DNA of 61,708 nucleotides, filler included, from Chiloscyllium plagiosum (lineage: Eukaryota): NCBI RefSeq assembly GCF_004010195.1. It is 5 parts of one record of this genome, joined end to end, with 100 filler letters (N's around TTAATTAATTAA, not from the genome) between each part and the next. Parts side by side here need not be neighbours in the genome. Positions count along the whole stretch, not along the records: positions 18,263 to 30,989 come from NC_057712.1; positions 31,090 to 45,161 come from NC_057712.1; 3 more parts are not named here. One strand, given 5' to 3'. Position numbers and translations under genes: made by a program. Numbering within the stretch: the stretch's first letter is position 1; the number at the start of each line of letters is the position of its first letter. The notes beneath the pieces are model-generated. The model had not been told where the DNA came from. It did no database searches and saw only the letters and a list, made by a program, of their open reading frames with translations. Of this stretch, positions 25,110 through 36,823 are shown piece after piece.

Positions 25110-25506
25110 TCTAGATTAGAGTGGTGCTGGAAAAGCACAGCAAGTCAGGCAGCATCCGAGGAGCAGGAAAATTGACGTTTTGGGCAAAAGCCCTTCATCA
25201 GGAATAGAGCTTCAGGGCAGAGGAAATGACCTGGGAGTTGCAGTGGGAGAGGCACTCCCTGAGATTATTGTCGAGAGAGGAGGAAAACTTCTTCAAGGCA
25301 GGCATCCTTGCAAGAGGATTCGCAGTAGAGTTAAAATCAACTAGGTAAAAACAAGGACTGCAGTTGCTGGAAACCAGCACCCTGATGAAGGGCTTTTGCC
25401 CGAAACATTGATTTTCCTGCTCCTCAGATGCTGCCTGAACTGCTGTGCTTTTCCAGCGCAACTCTAATCTAGAATCTGGTTTCCAGCATCTGCAGTCATT
25501 GCTTTT
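25110..25506. mobile_element. Fold-back PLE mini-element with two hammerhead motifs and a putative ORF-start fragment
   Basis: Inverted termini; hammerheads at 25174-25201 (-) and 25382-25409 (+); ACCATCTTGTAATGAT (25094-25109) / ACCATATTGTAATGAT (25507-25522). Confidence 0.75.
25382..25409 (+). ncRNA. Minimal hammerhead ribozyme motif (CUGAUGA core; ACGTC decayed to ACATT)
   Basis: CTGATGA-A-GGGC-TTTT-GCCC-GAAAC-ATT. Confidence 0.6.
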
Positions 25507-25602
25507 ACCATATTGTAATGATGCCTTTTCATAATGTGACTCAGACATGCCTCACAACACACCTCTGCAAAATGGGTATTCCCTCACCCTTCTCTTTTGT
25601 AA

Positions 25603-26150
25603 CTCTGAGTCATAGAGTCAGAGAGATGTACAGACCCTTTAGTCTGATTCATCCATGTCAATCAGATATCCTAAATTAATCTAGTCACATTTGCCAGTAT
25701 TTGGCCCATATCCCTCCAAACCCTAACTAAAACAGGAATTGCTAGGAAAGCTGAGCAGGTCTGGCAGCATCTGAGGAGAGAAATGAGCGTTAACGTTTTG
25801 GGTCAAGTGATCCTTCCTCAGGTTGAGGACCTGCTGAGTTTTTCCAGCAATTTGTTTTTGTTTCTGATTTTACAGCATCCACAGTTCTTCTGGGTTTCCC
25901 TCTAAACCCTTCCTAATCACGTACCCATCCATTTTCCTTATGAGTCCTGTAATTGTACCAGCCTCCACCACCTCTCTCGGGCTGTTCATTCCACACACAC
26001 ACCACTCTCTGCATAAAAAAGTTGCTCATTATGACTTTGTCAAACCTTTCCTCTCTCCGCTTAAACCTGTGCCTTTGAGTTTTGGATTTCCCCTCCTGGG
26101 GAAAAGACCTTGGCTATTCACTCTATCCATGCCCCTCATAGTTTTATTAA
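25603..26150 (-). mobile_element. CR1/HER1 3' end interrupted by a fold-back PLE-terminus insertion (25725-25896)
   Basis: Reverse complement of the HER1-type tail; insert flanked by TCCCTCCAAACCCT (25711-25724) / TCCCTCTAAACCCT (25897-25910). Confidence 0.75.
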
Positions 26151-26662
26151 CTTCTACCTCAACTATCTGTCATTATATGAGTTACTCATGACTCTATTGC
26201 TATTTATTGCTACCATTTGCGATAATTTTACTCTGTGCTGCCTTTGCAATTGCTAGTACAAATAAAGTGTACACGAAGCAAACCCTATACATGTTCTTGA
26301 ATTGCAAAATTTGAGCTTGATCATTGAAAGTGAATCCATATCAAAATGAAACATGACAAGCATATTGTCATGAATTGGTCTCAGCATGTAACATGGAAAA
26401 GTCTGAGTAGGTTAGATGTGAAAAATTGCTCACATTTTAATAATTTACATTGTAAGCCAATACAAAAATACAAAATTGTTTCAGATTCTAATTTACTTCT
26501 TGAAGTTGATGTTGGATATTCTATTCTGGTTTAATGTCATTAAATTAATCAGTAGATAAACCACTCTTCTTCAATGAACTGAAGTGTAGGACTTGGAAAT
26601 TGAACAAGGAACCATTGTCACTGTACTCCAGTTTTGTATCTTTCCCCACTTCAGGAGACATG

Positions 26663-26792
26663 ACCCCCCCCCCCCCCCTTTGCCCGAAACGTCGATTTTG
26701 CCTGTCCTCGGATGCTGCCTGAACTGCTGTGCTCTTCCAGCACCACTGATCCAGAATCTGGTTTCCAGCATCTGCAGTCATTGTTTTTACCT
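26663..26792 (+). mobile_element. PLE terminus fragment with 3' half of hammerhead
   Basis: Poly-C then TTTGCCCGAAACGTCGA and the standard terminal sequence. Confidence 0.7.
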
Positions 26793-27295
26793 CGTGTATA
26801 ACAGCCTGGTACGGCAACAGCTCTGCCCCGGACTGTAAGAAATTACAGAAGGTGGTGTGTACAACCCAGACTATCATGGAAGCCAACCTCCCATCCATGG
26901 ACTCCATTTACACGGCTCACTGCCACGGGAAAACTGCCAACATCATCAAAGACCCCTCCCACCCCGGTAATGATCTCCTACAACCTTCTCTGCCAGGCAG
27001 AAGAAACAGAAGTCTGAACACACGCACCAGCAGGTTCAGGAACAGCTTCTTCCCTGCCATTATTAGACTGATGAATGTACTCTCTAACTTCAAATAATAC
27101 AGATCTTGCTAATGTTAATCTCGCCTAGTGCATGTCATGTGCAATGTAACCTGTGTGCCTCTGTCTAAATTTCTTTTTCACCCTATGATCTGTTTGTCCT
27201 TGCTTTCTATGATCTGCTTATACTGCTCGCAAACAAAGCTTTTCACTGTCCTGAGGTACACACAACAACAAACAACTCAAATAACTACATCAAAT
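26793..27295 (+). mobile_element. Rex1/Babar-type LINE 3' fragment
   Basis: ITAWYGNSSAPDCKKLQKVVCTTQTIMEANLPSMDSIY...IIKDPSHPG...RTSRFRNSFFPAIIRLMN; homologous to 1410-1800. Confidence 0.75.
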
Positions 27296-27434
27296 CATCT
27301 GATACCTGACTGGCCTCCAAATGGCCTTTGCTGTGACTGAGGTCACCAGTGTAGGAAGACGTGTTGGTCAGTCAGGCATCACAACTTTGTCACTGCTGCC
27401 AGAATAAGTAGGTCTATTGGCAGCTGGTAGCAAT

Positions 27435-30400
27435 GCACTGACACCAGGACCGCACTGACCCCAGGATTACAGAGTGACTCCAGGATTGGAGAGTGACCCC
27501 AGGACTGCAGAGTGACCCCAGGATTGCAGTGTGACCCTAGAATTGCAGTGACCCCAGGAATACAGAGTGACCCCAGGATTGCACTGACCCCAGGATTACA
27601 GAGTGGCTCCAGGATTACAGAGTGATCCCAGGATTAGAGAGTGACCCCAGGATTACAGAGTGACCCCAGGATTACAGAGTGACCCCAGGATTGAAGAGTT
27701 ACCCCAGGATTAGAGAGTGACCCCAGGATTATAGAGTGACCCCGGGACTGCAGAGTGACCCCATGATTGCAGCGACCCTAGGAGTGCAGTGACCCCAGGA
27801 TCACAGAGTGACTGCAGCATTGCAGAGTGACCCCAGGATTACAGAGTGACCACAGGATTACAGAGTGATCCCATGATTAGACAGTGACTACAGGATTACA
27901 GAGTGATCCCAGGATTGCAGAGTGACCCCAGGATTGCACTGACCCCAGGATTACAGAGTGACTCCAGGATTACAGAGTGATCCCAGGATTAGACAGTGAC
28001 CCCAGGATTACAGAGTGACCCCAGGAATACAGAGTGATCCCAGGATTGGAGAGTGACCCCAAGATTACAGAGTGACTCCAGGATTACAGAGTGATCCCAG
28101 GATTAGACAGTGACCCCAGGATTACAGAGTGACCCTAGAATTTCAGTGACCCAAGGATTGCAGAGTGACCCCAGAATTGAAGAGATACCCCAGGATTAGA
28201 GAGTGACCCCAGGATTATAGAGTGACCCTGGGACTGCAGAGTGACCCCATGATTGCAGCGACACTAGGAGAGCAGTGACCCCAGGATTGGAGAGTGACCC
28301 CAGGATTACAGAGTGACCCCAGGATTGCAGTGAGCCCAGGATTACAGAGTGACCCCAGGATTGCAGAGTGACCCTAGAATTGTGGTGACCCCAGGATTGG
28401 ATTGTGACCCCAGGATTGCAGAGTGACCCCAGGATTACAGAGTGACCACAGGATTACAGAGTGATCCCATGATTAGACAGTGACTACAGGATTACAGAGT
28501 GATACCATGATTAGACAGTGACTACAGGATTACAGAGTGATCCCAGGATTACAGAGTGATCCNNNNNNNNNNNNNNNNNNNNNNNNNNNNNNNNNNNNNN
28601 NNNNNNNNNNNNNNNNNNNNNNNNNNNNNNNNNNNNNNNNNNNNNNNNNNNNNNNNNNNNNNNNNNNNNNNNNNNNNNNNNNNNNNNNNCCAGGATTACA
28701 GAGTGACCCCAGGATTGCACTGACCCCGTGATTACAGAGTGACCCCAGGATTACAGAGTGACCCCAGGATTGCACTGACCCCGTGATTACAGAGTGACCC
28801 CAGGATTACAGAGTGACCCCAGGATTGCACTGACCCCGTGATTACAGAGTGACCCCAGGATTACAGAGTGACCCCAGGATTGCACTGACCCCGTGATTAC
28901 AGAGTGACCCCAGGATTACAGAGTGACCCCAGGATTGCACTGACCCCGTGATTACAGAGTGACCCCAGGATTACAGAGTGACCCCAGGATTGCACTGACC
29001 CCGTGATTACAGAGTGACCCCAGGATTACAGAGTGACCCCAGGATTGCACTGACCCCATGATTACAGAGTGACCCCAGGATTACAGAGTGACCCCAGGAT
29101 TGCACTGACCCCATGATTACAGAGTGACCCCAGGATTACAGAGTGACCCCAGGATTGCACTGACCCCATGATTACAGAGTGACCCCAGGATTACAGAGTG
29201 ACCCCAGGATTGCACTGACCCCATGATTACAGAGTGACCCCAGGATTACAGAGTGACCCCAGGATTGCAGAGTGACCACAGGATTACAGAGTGATCCCAG
29301 GATTGCAGAGTGGCCCCAGGATTACAGAGTGACCCGTGAATTGCAGTGACCCCAGCATTGGAGAGTGACCCCAGGAATTCAGAGTGACCCTAGAATTGCA
29401 GTGACCCCAGGATTTTAGAGTGACCCCAGGATTGCACTGACCCCATGATTACAGAGTGACCCCAGGATTACAGAGTGACTCCAAGATTAAAGAGTGATCC
29501 TAGAATTTCAGTGAGCTCAGAATTACAGAGTGACCCTAGAATTGCACTGACACCAGGATTACAGAGTGACCCCAGGATTGCAGAGTGACCCCAGGATTAC
29601 AGAGTGACCCTAGGATTAGAGAGTGACCCCAGGATTACATAGTGACCCCAGTATGCAGAGTGCCCCTAGAATTGCAGAGACCCGAGGATTGGAGAATTAC
29701 CCCAGGATTGGAGAGTGATCCCAGGATTACAGAGTGATCCTAGGATTGGAGAGTGACCCCAGGATTGCACTAACCCCAGGATTACAGTGACCCCAGGATT
29801 GGAGAGTGACCCCACGATTGGAGTGATCCCAGGATTACAGAGTGACCCCAGCATTGCAGAGTGACCGCAGGATTACTGTGAGCCCATGGATTACTTGGTG
29901 ACCCTAGAATTGCAGTGTCCCCAGGATTACAGAGTGACCCCACGTTGCAGTAACCCCAGGATTACAGTGACCCCAGGATTGCATTAATCCCAGGATTACA
30001 GAGTGACTCCAGGATTACAGAGTGACCCTAGAATTGCAGTGTCCCCAGGATTACAGAGTGACCCCACGTTGCAGTAACCCCAGGATTACAGTCACCCCAG
30101 GATTGCATTAATCCCAGGATTACAGAGTGACTCCAGGATTACAGAGTCATCCCAGGATTAGAGAGTGACCCCAGGATTACAGAGTGACCCCAGAAATACA
30201 GAGTGATCCCAGGATTGGAGAGTGACCCCAAGATTGCAGAATGACCCCAGGATTGCAAAGCGACCCTAGAATTGCAGTGACCCCAGGATTACAGAGTGAC
30301 CCCAGGATTACAGAGTGACCCTCGGATTACAGAGTGACACCAGGATTACAGAGTGATCCCCAGGATTACAGAGCGATCCAAGGATTGCAGAGTGACCCCA

Positions 30401-30989
30401 GGATTAAAAAGTGACCCTACAATTGCAGTGACCCCAGGAATACAGAGTGACCCCAGGATTGCAGAGTGACCCATGACTACAGAGTGACTCTAGAATTGCA
30501 GTGACCCCAAGATTACAGAGTGACCCCAGAATTGCAGAGTGACCCCAGGATTGCAGAGTGACCACAGGATTACAGAGTGATCCCAGGATTGCAGAGTGGC
30601 CCCAGGATTACAGAGTGACCCGTGAATTGCAGTGACCCCAGCATTGGAGAGTGACCCCAGGAATTCAGAGTGACCCTAGAATTGCAGTGACCCCAGGATT
30701 ACAGAGTGACCCCAGGATTGCACTGACCCCGTGATTACAGAGTGACCCCAAGGATTACAGAGCGATCCCAGGATTGCAGAGTGACCCCAGGATTGCAAAG
30801 TGACCCTACAATTGCAGTGACCCCAGGAATACAGAGTGACCCCAGGATTGCAGAGTGACCGATGACTACAGAGTGACTCTAGAATTGCAGTGACCCCAAG
30901 ATTACAGAGTGACCCCAGAATTGCAGAGTGACCCCAGGATTGCAGAATGACCCTAGAATTGCAGTGACCCCAGGATTACAGAGTGACCC
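27435..30989. repeat. Tandem satellite/minisatellite of 19-bp (CCAGGATTACAGAGTGACC) and 17-bp (CCAGGATTGCACTGACC) units
   Basis: Continuous array to the contig end, internal N gap 28563-28689; 55-bp higher-order unit at about 28690-29260. Confidence 0.95.
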
Positions 30990-31089
30990 NNNNNNNNNNN
31001 NNNNNNNNNNNNNNNNNNNNNNNNNNNNNNNNNTTAATTAATTAANNNNNNNNNNNNNNNNNNNNNNNNNNNNNNNNNNNNNNNNNNNN
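30990..31089. other. Artificial contig linker
   Basis: 44 N + TTAATTAATTAA + 44 N. Confidence 0.95.
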
Positions 31090-31183
31090 CAGGGGACGAA
31101 ACGTTTGCAACAAAAACTTCCAGCTCGGCGAACAGAACCACAACAATGAGCACCCGAGCTACAAATCTTCGCACAAACTTTGA
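31090..31183 (+). mobile_element. Probable terminus of another PLE family (3' half of hammerhead, GAC-GAAACGTT)
   Basis: GAAACGTT at 31098-31105 followed by about 80 bp unrelated to the adjacent CR1; upstream half lost in the linker. Confidence 0.4.
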
Positions 31184-34100
31184 GCATTCCAAGCATTCAC
31201 AACTTTCTGTGTAAAGAACATACCTCTGACATCTCCTCTGTACCTTCCTCCTAGCATCTTAAAACTATGACCCCTTGTGACAGTCAATCCTGCCCTGGGG
31301 AACAGTCTCTGGCTATCGACTCTATCCATGCCTCTCACTACCTTGTACACCTTGATCAGTTCACGTCTCTTCTTCCTCCTCTCCAGAGAGAAAAGTCCGA
31401 GCTTAGTCAATCTCTCTTCATAAGACAAGCCCTCCAGTCCAGGCAGCATCCTGGTAAGCCTTATTTGCACCCTCTCTAAAGCCTCTGCATATTTCCTATA
31501 ACAGGGTGACCAGAACTGGGCACAATATTCCAAGTGTGGTCTTACCAAGATTTTGTAGAGCTGCAGCAAAGCCTTGCGTTTCTTAGAACTCCATCCCCCT
31601 GTTAATGAAAGCCAAAACCATATGCTTTCTTAACAACCCTATCCACTTGGATGGCAACTTTGCATTTATCCAGGTTGAACGTCATCTGCTATTTCTCAGC
31701 CCAGTTCTCCATCCTGTTAATGTTATGCTGTAGTCTGCAACAGCCCTTGATACTATCAAAGGCATCTCCAACCTTTGTGTCATCGACAAATTTACTAACC
31801 CATCCCTCAACCTCCTCATCCAAGTCATTTATAAAAACTGCAAAGAGCAGAGGCTCAAGAGTAGAGCCCTGTGGAATACCACTCACCACTGACCTCCAGG
31901 AAGAATACTCACTGCCTTTTGTTAGCCAACCAATTCTGAATCCAGAGAGCCAAATCTCCCTGTATCCCATACTTCCTGACTTTATGAATGAGCCTACCAT
32001 GGGTAACCTTATCAAATGCCTTGCTGAAGTCCGTATACACCACATCCACTGCTCGACCATCGTCGACTTGTCACTTCACCTCCTCAAAGATTTGTGAGGC
32101 ATGACCTGCTCCTCTCAAAGCCATGCTGACTGCCTTTAATCACACTATGTTTGCCAAATAGTCATAAATCTTATCCCTCAGAATTCTTTCTAAAACCTTG
32201 CAGACCACAGACGTAAGACTGACTGACTGGTCTGTAATTGCCAGGGATTTCCCTATTACCCTTCTTGAAAAGAGGAACAACATCCGTCTCCCTCCAATCC
32301 TTCGTGATGACTCCCATGAACAGTCAGGAAGCAACGATCTTCGCCAATGGCTTAGGAACCTCCTTTCTGAAATCTGCAATTTGATAGGGAGAGGGTACAG
32401 TCGGAAGTGACAGTACTTCTGTTGAATAAAGGGAATTATGGAGCTATGAGGGAGGAGTTGGCCAAAGTTCAATGGTGCAATACCTTAGCAGAGATGACCG
32501 TGGAGGAACAATGGCGGATATTTCTGTGTATAATGCAGAAGTTGCAGGATCAGTTCATTCCTAAAAGGAAGAAAGATCCCAGGAGGAGGCATGGGCGGCC
32601 GTGGCTGACGAGGGAAGTAAAGAAACATATAAAGTTAAAAGAGAAAAACATAGCAAAGATAAGTGGGAAAACTGAGGACTGGGAAGCTTTTAAAGAGCAA
32701 CAGAGGATTACTAAGAAGGAAATACGCAGAGGAAAAATGAGGTACGAAGGTAAACTGGCCAAGAATATAAAGGAGGATAGTAAAAGCTTTTTTAGGTATG
32801 TGCAAGATAAAAAAATGGTTAGGACAAACATTGGGCCCTTGAAGACAGAAACAGGAGAATATATTACTAGGAACAAAGAAATGACAGANNNNNNNNNNNN
32901 NNNNNNNNNNNNNNNNNNNNNNNNNNNNNNNNNNNNNNNNNNNNNNNNNNNNNNNNNNNNNNNNNNNNNNNNNNNNNNNNNNNNNNNNNNNNNNNNNNNN
33001 NNNNNNNNNNNNNNNNNNNNNNNNNNNNNNNNNNNNNNNNNNNNNNNNNNNNNNNNNNNNNNNNNNNNNNNNNNNNNNNNNNNNNNNNNNNNNNNNNNNN
33101 NNNNNNNNNNNNNNNNNNNNNNNNNNNNNNNNNNNNNNNNNNNNNNNNNNNNNNNNNCTGATGATATAAAGCTGGGTGGCAGGGTGAAAAGTGATGAGGA
33201 TGTTAGGAGATTACAGGGTGACGTGGACAAGTTAGGTGAGTGGGCAGATGCATGGCAGATGCAGTTTAATGTGGATAAATGTATGGTTATCCACATTGGT
33301 GGGAAGAACAGGAAGGCAGACTACTACCCTCAATGGAATCAATTTATGTAAAGGGCAGTACAGAGAGATCTGGGTGTTCTTGTACACCAGTCAATGAAGG
33401 CAAGCATGCAGGTACAGCAGGTAGTGAAGAAGGCTAATAGCATGTTGGCCTTCATAACAAGAGGAATTGAGTATAGAAGCAAAGAGATGCTTCTGCAGCT
33501 GTACAGGGCCTTGGTGAGACCACACATGGATTACAGTGTGCAGTTCTGGTCTCCAAATTTGAGAAAAGACATTCTGGCTATTGAGGGAGTGCAGCGTAGG
33601 TTCACGAGGGCTGAATGGCCTATTCCTGCACCTATTGTCTATTGTCTATTCTCACTTCCCAGAGCAACCTAGGATAAATCTTGTCTGGCCCTGGGGACTT
33701 ATCAATCTTAATGTTTTCCAGCACATTAACTTCCTCAATCTCGATCTGTTCGAGCCTGTTGCCAGCTCCTCAAAGTTCTCATTCACAATAAGGTCCCTTT
33801 CTTTAGTGAAAACTGAAGCAAAAAACACATTTAGGGCTTCCCCTCTCTCTCAGACTCCACGCACAAGTACCCTACGCTATCCCTAAGGAGAAGGCCCTAC
33901 CTTTTCCCTGATCATTCTCTTCCTCACGTATGAGTAAAATGCTTTTGTGTTCTCCTTTATCCTTCCCACCAAGCCTTTCTCATGCCCCCTCCAGCTCTCC
34001 TCAGTCCATTTTTGAGCTCCTTTCTAGTAAGCCTGTCATCCTCTTAAACCAGTGCTAGATCCTTGCTTCGTCCGCTTTATGTAAGCTGCCTTCTTCATTT

Positions 34101-35525
34101 TGACGAGAAGTTCTTCTGTTCTCATCATTCAAGGCTTCTTAATCTTACCCTTTCTTGCCTGTCTCAAAGGAACAAATGTATGCATCATTTGCAACAACTG
34201 CACCTTAAACAGTTTCCACATGTCTGTTGTGCCCTTTCTGTGGAACAATTGCTTCCAATCTGTACTTCCCAACTAGTGTCTGGTAGCATCATAATTTCCT
34301 TTTCCACAATTAAATATCTTCCCTTGGTAACTGCTCCTTTCCCTCTCCAAGGCTATGGTAAATGTGAGGCAGTTGTGGTCACTGTCACCAAAGTGTTCTC
34401 CCACCGCGACACCTGACACCTGTCCTGGCTCATTGCTGAGCACCAAATCCAAAATGGCCTCTCCCCTTGTCGGCCTGTCTACATACTGAGTAAGGAAACC
34501 CTCCTGATAACACCTGACAAAAACTGCTCCATCCAAACCATCTGCATTAAGGAGGTTCCAGTCGATATTGGGAAAGTTAGAGTCACCCATAACAACAACC
34601 CTGCTACATCTGCATTTTTCCAAAATCTGCTGGCCTATGAGTTCCTAGATCTACCCTACTGCTATGATGTTAGAAAACCCCCAATGAGGTGGCTGCTCCC
34701 TTGCTGTTCCTAACTCCCACCCCATACTGACTCAGTAAACAAACCTTCCCCATCAACCTTCATTTCTGTAGCTGTGACGCACTCTCTGATTAGCAATGCT
34801 ACCCCCCTCCTCGTTTTCCCCCCTCCCTGTTCTTTTTAAATGCTCTAAATCCTGGAACATTTGGCAACCATTCCTGCCCCTGTGAAACCCATGTCTCCGT
34901 TATGGCCACAACATCATCATCCCAAGTACTGATCCATGCTCTAAGTTCGTCACTCTTATTTCTGACACTCCTGGCATTAAAGCAGACACACTTTAACTGA
35001 TTCCTTTGTTTCATCATATGAGAAACCTCCCTGATAGATTCACTACATCCTGTCACTGCCCCAATACAACTACCCCCCTCTCAGATATGTAGCTCTGGTT
35101 CCCACCCCCCTACCAAACTAGTTTAAACCCTCCTGAACCACATGAACAAATTTCCTCCCCAAGACATTTGTGCCCCTCCAGTTCAGATGCAACCCGTCCT
35201 TCATGTACAGGTCCCACATTCCCCAGAAGGCATCCCAATGTTCTAAGTATCTGAAGCTCTCCCTCCTGCACCAGCTGCGCAGCCACGTGTTAAGCTGCAC
35301 TCGCTGCCTGTTCCTCACCTCACTATCTCGTGGCACCGGTAGCAAACCTGAGAACACTACTCGTACAGCTCTTCAGCTTCCAACCTTGCTCTCTGTAGTA
35401 ACTTTTCAGCTCCTCAATCTCTTTCCTGGATTTGTCATTGGTGCCAAAGTGTACCACGATTTCTGGCTGCTCACCCTCTCCCTTCAGAATCTTGTAAACC
35501 CGATCGACAATATCCCTGACCCACC
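31184..35525 (-). mobile_element. Long degenerate CR1 LINE (ORF1 SGNH/esterase-like end, endonuclease, RT) split by a nested sense-strand CR1
   Basis: EIVVHFGTND, KDGLHLNWRGTN (ORF1); CFNARSVRNK, VAITETW, VMGDSNFPNIDW, FGDSDHN (EN); GIPQGSTLEPLLFAVFINDLDE, KFVDDTK, LVRPHLEYC (RT). Confidence 0.9.
32304..33650 (+). mobile_element. CR1 LINE fragment of a different subfamily nested in the antisense CR1 (N gap 32889-33157)
   Basis: PWLTREVKKHIKLK, KNIKEDSKSFFRY, DDIKLGG, LVRPHMDYSVQFWSP; (ATTGTCT)n tail. Confidence 0.85.
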
Positions 35526-35992
35526 ATCTCCTTGGGCTGGCAATAATGCTCATTTCATTTGACTGATATCATTCAAACTGTGGCACCAGCAGTAACCTAA
35601 TTGGAGGGATTCAAACATGGAATTGCAAGAAAGATGAACACAGATTTGGGAGGCATAACATATTTAATGACTTAAAAGGAAAGTGAAGTTGGAACTGAAT
35701 TCTGTTGGAAGAGAAGGAGAATGCATTGTTGGAAGGAGATGAAGGCAATTTGAAGAGGAGGGTGGCATGACTGCCAATCTAATGACTTTTTCCAGCATTC
35801 TCTCTGATAGTGCTTTATGTAGTATAACCTTATTTGAAGTGAATAGCTAAACTAGTTGTCTGCCATAAACCTTCAAGTCTGCCTTCCAGAGCTTAAGGGA
35901 GTGAAGATGAGGGCTATATGAGGAGAAATTATCAGGGCAGCATTCCAATGAAATCGTAAGTGATAATAAGGTATTATTGTACTTGTCTATAG

Positions 35993-36155
35993 AATTTGAC
36001 TGCAAAGGCTGTGGATCGTGCTCCATACGTAGGTGATGTGGCGATGGTGCTTAATGTAGGAAAAGAAACCCCAGCTCATCCAGACGTCCAATTCCGTTCT
36101 GTGACACGTCACAGTGGAGTGAGGGATTTGCACGAGTCCAGCTTCAGTTTATCTG
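35993..36155 (+). CDS. DPYSL5: Dihydropyrimidinase-related protein 5 (CRMP5), penultimate coding exon
   Basis: AG acceptor 35991-35992, GTAAG donor at 36156; NLTAKAVDRAPYVGDVAMVLNVGKETPAHPDVQFRSVTRHSGVRDLHESSFSLS(G) matches the recalled CRMP5 C-terminus (VDRTPYLGDV...VTRHGGMRDLHESSFSLSG); absent from the ORF track. Confidence 0.93.
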
Positions 36156-36737
36156 GTAAGATTTAACTATATCTTATGGACTTCTCACATTTCTTTTACC
36201 TATAGATAACTGTTATTTATTAATCTATTGTTCTTTGTACGCATTTTAAGTTTTCAAAATTGAAGTGGTGAATAATTAGACGGGATGACTAGTTTTCATC
36301 ACCCTTTTCTTTTTCTTTGGAGTTTAGAAGTAAATTATTTTACTAATTATCACAGCTAGTTTGCTCAGCACTTCTAAGAATAATCATGATTAATTATGTA
36401 ACTGAACAATTGTATATCAGTGAAATCCATAAATCTTAGTTTTGTGGACCTTTCTAATGCGTTGGTATATTATAATTTTTTTCTGCTTAATAATATGGAC
36501 CATATGTGAAATTACGCTGGTTGAGTATTACTACTTTTTATCTGAATCAGATAGCTTTCAGAAGATTTTTCATATGTTCATCTGTATTGTGGTTCTATGG
36601 ATAATGAAAGTAATTGGTAATTTTTAGATTTCACGTAATTGACTTGGCTGAATGTGATAATATTATAATATTGGTAGTTCCTTACTTATTTTGATGGTGA
36701 AGGCAGTTCCTTATATCTTGCTGTTCATTCTTTGCAG

Positions 36738-36823
36738 GATCTCAAGTTGATGATCATCTGCCAAAACGACCTGTATCTAGAGTTTTGGCTCCACCTGGTG
36801 GGCATTCTAATGGCATCTGGTAA
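36738..36823 (+). CDS. DPYSL5: CRMP5 last coding exon
   Basis: TTTGCAG acceptor; phase-1 join completes Gly; SQVDDHLPKRPVSRVLAPPGGHSNGIW* versus recalled human SQIDDHVPKRASARILAPPGGRSSGIW*. Confidence 0.93.

Noticed and set aside
27435..30989. CRISPR-like periodicity and repetitive ORFs in the satellite
   Set aside because: No unique spacers, no cas genes, eukaryotic context; ORFs are translations of the repeat or run through Ns
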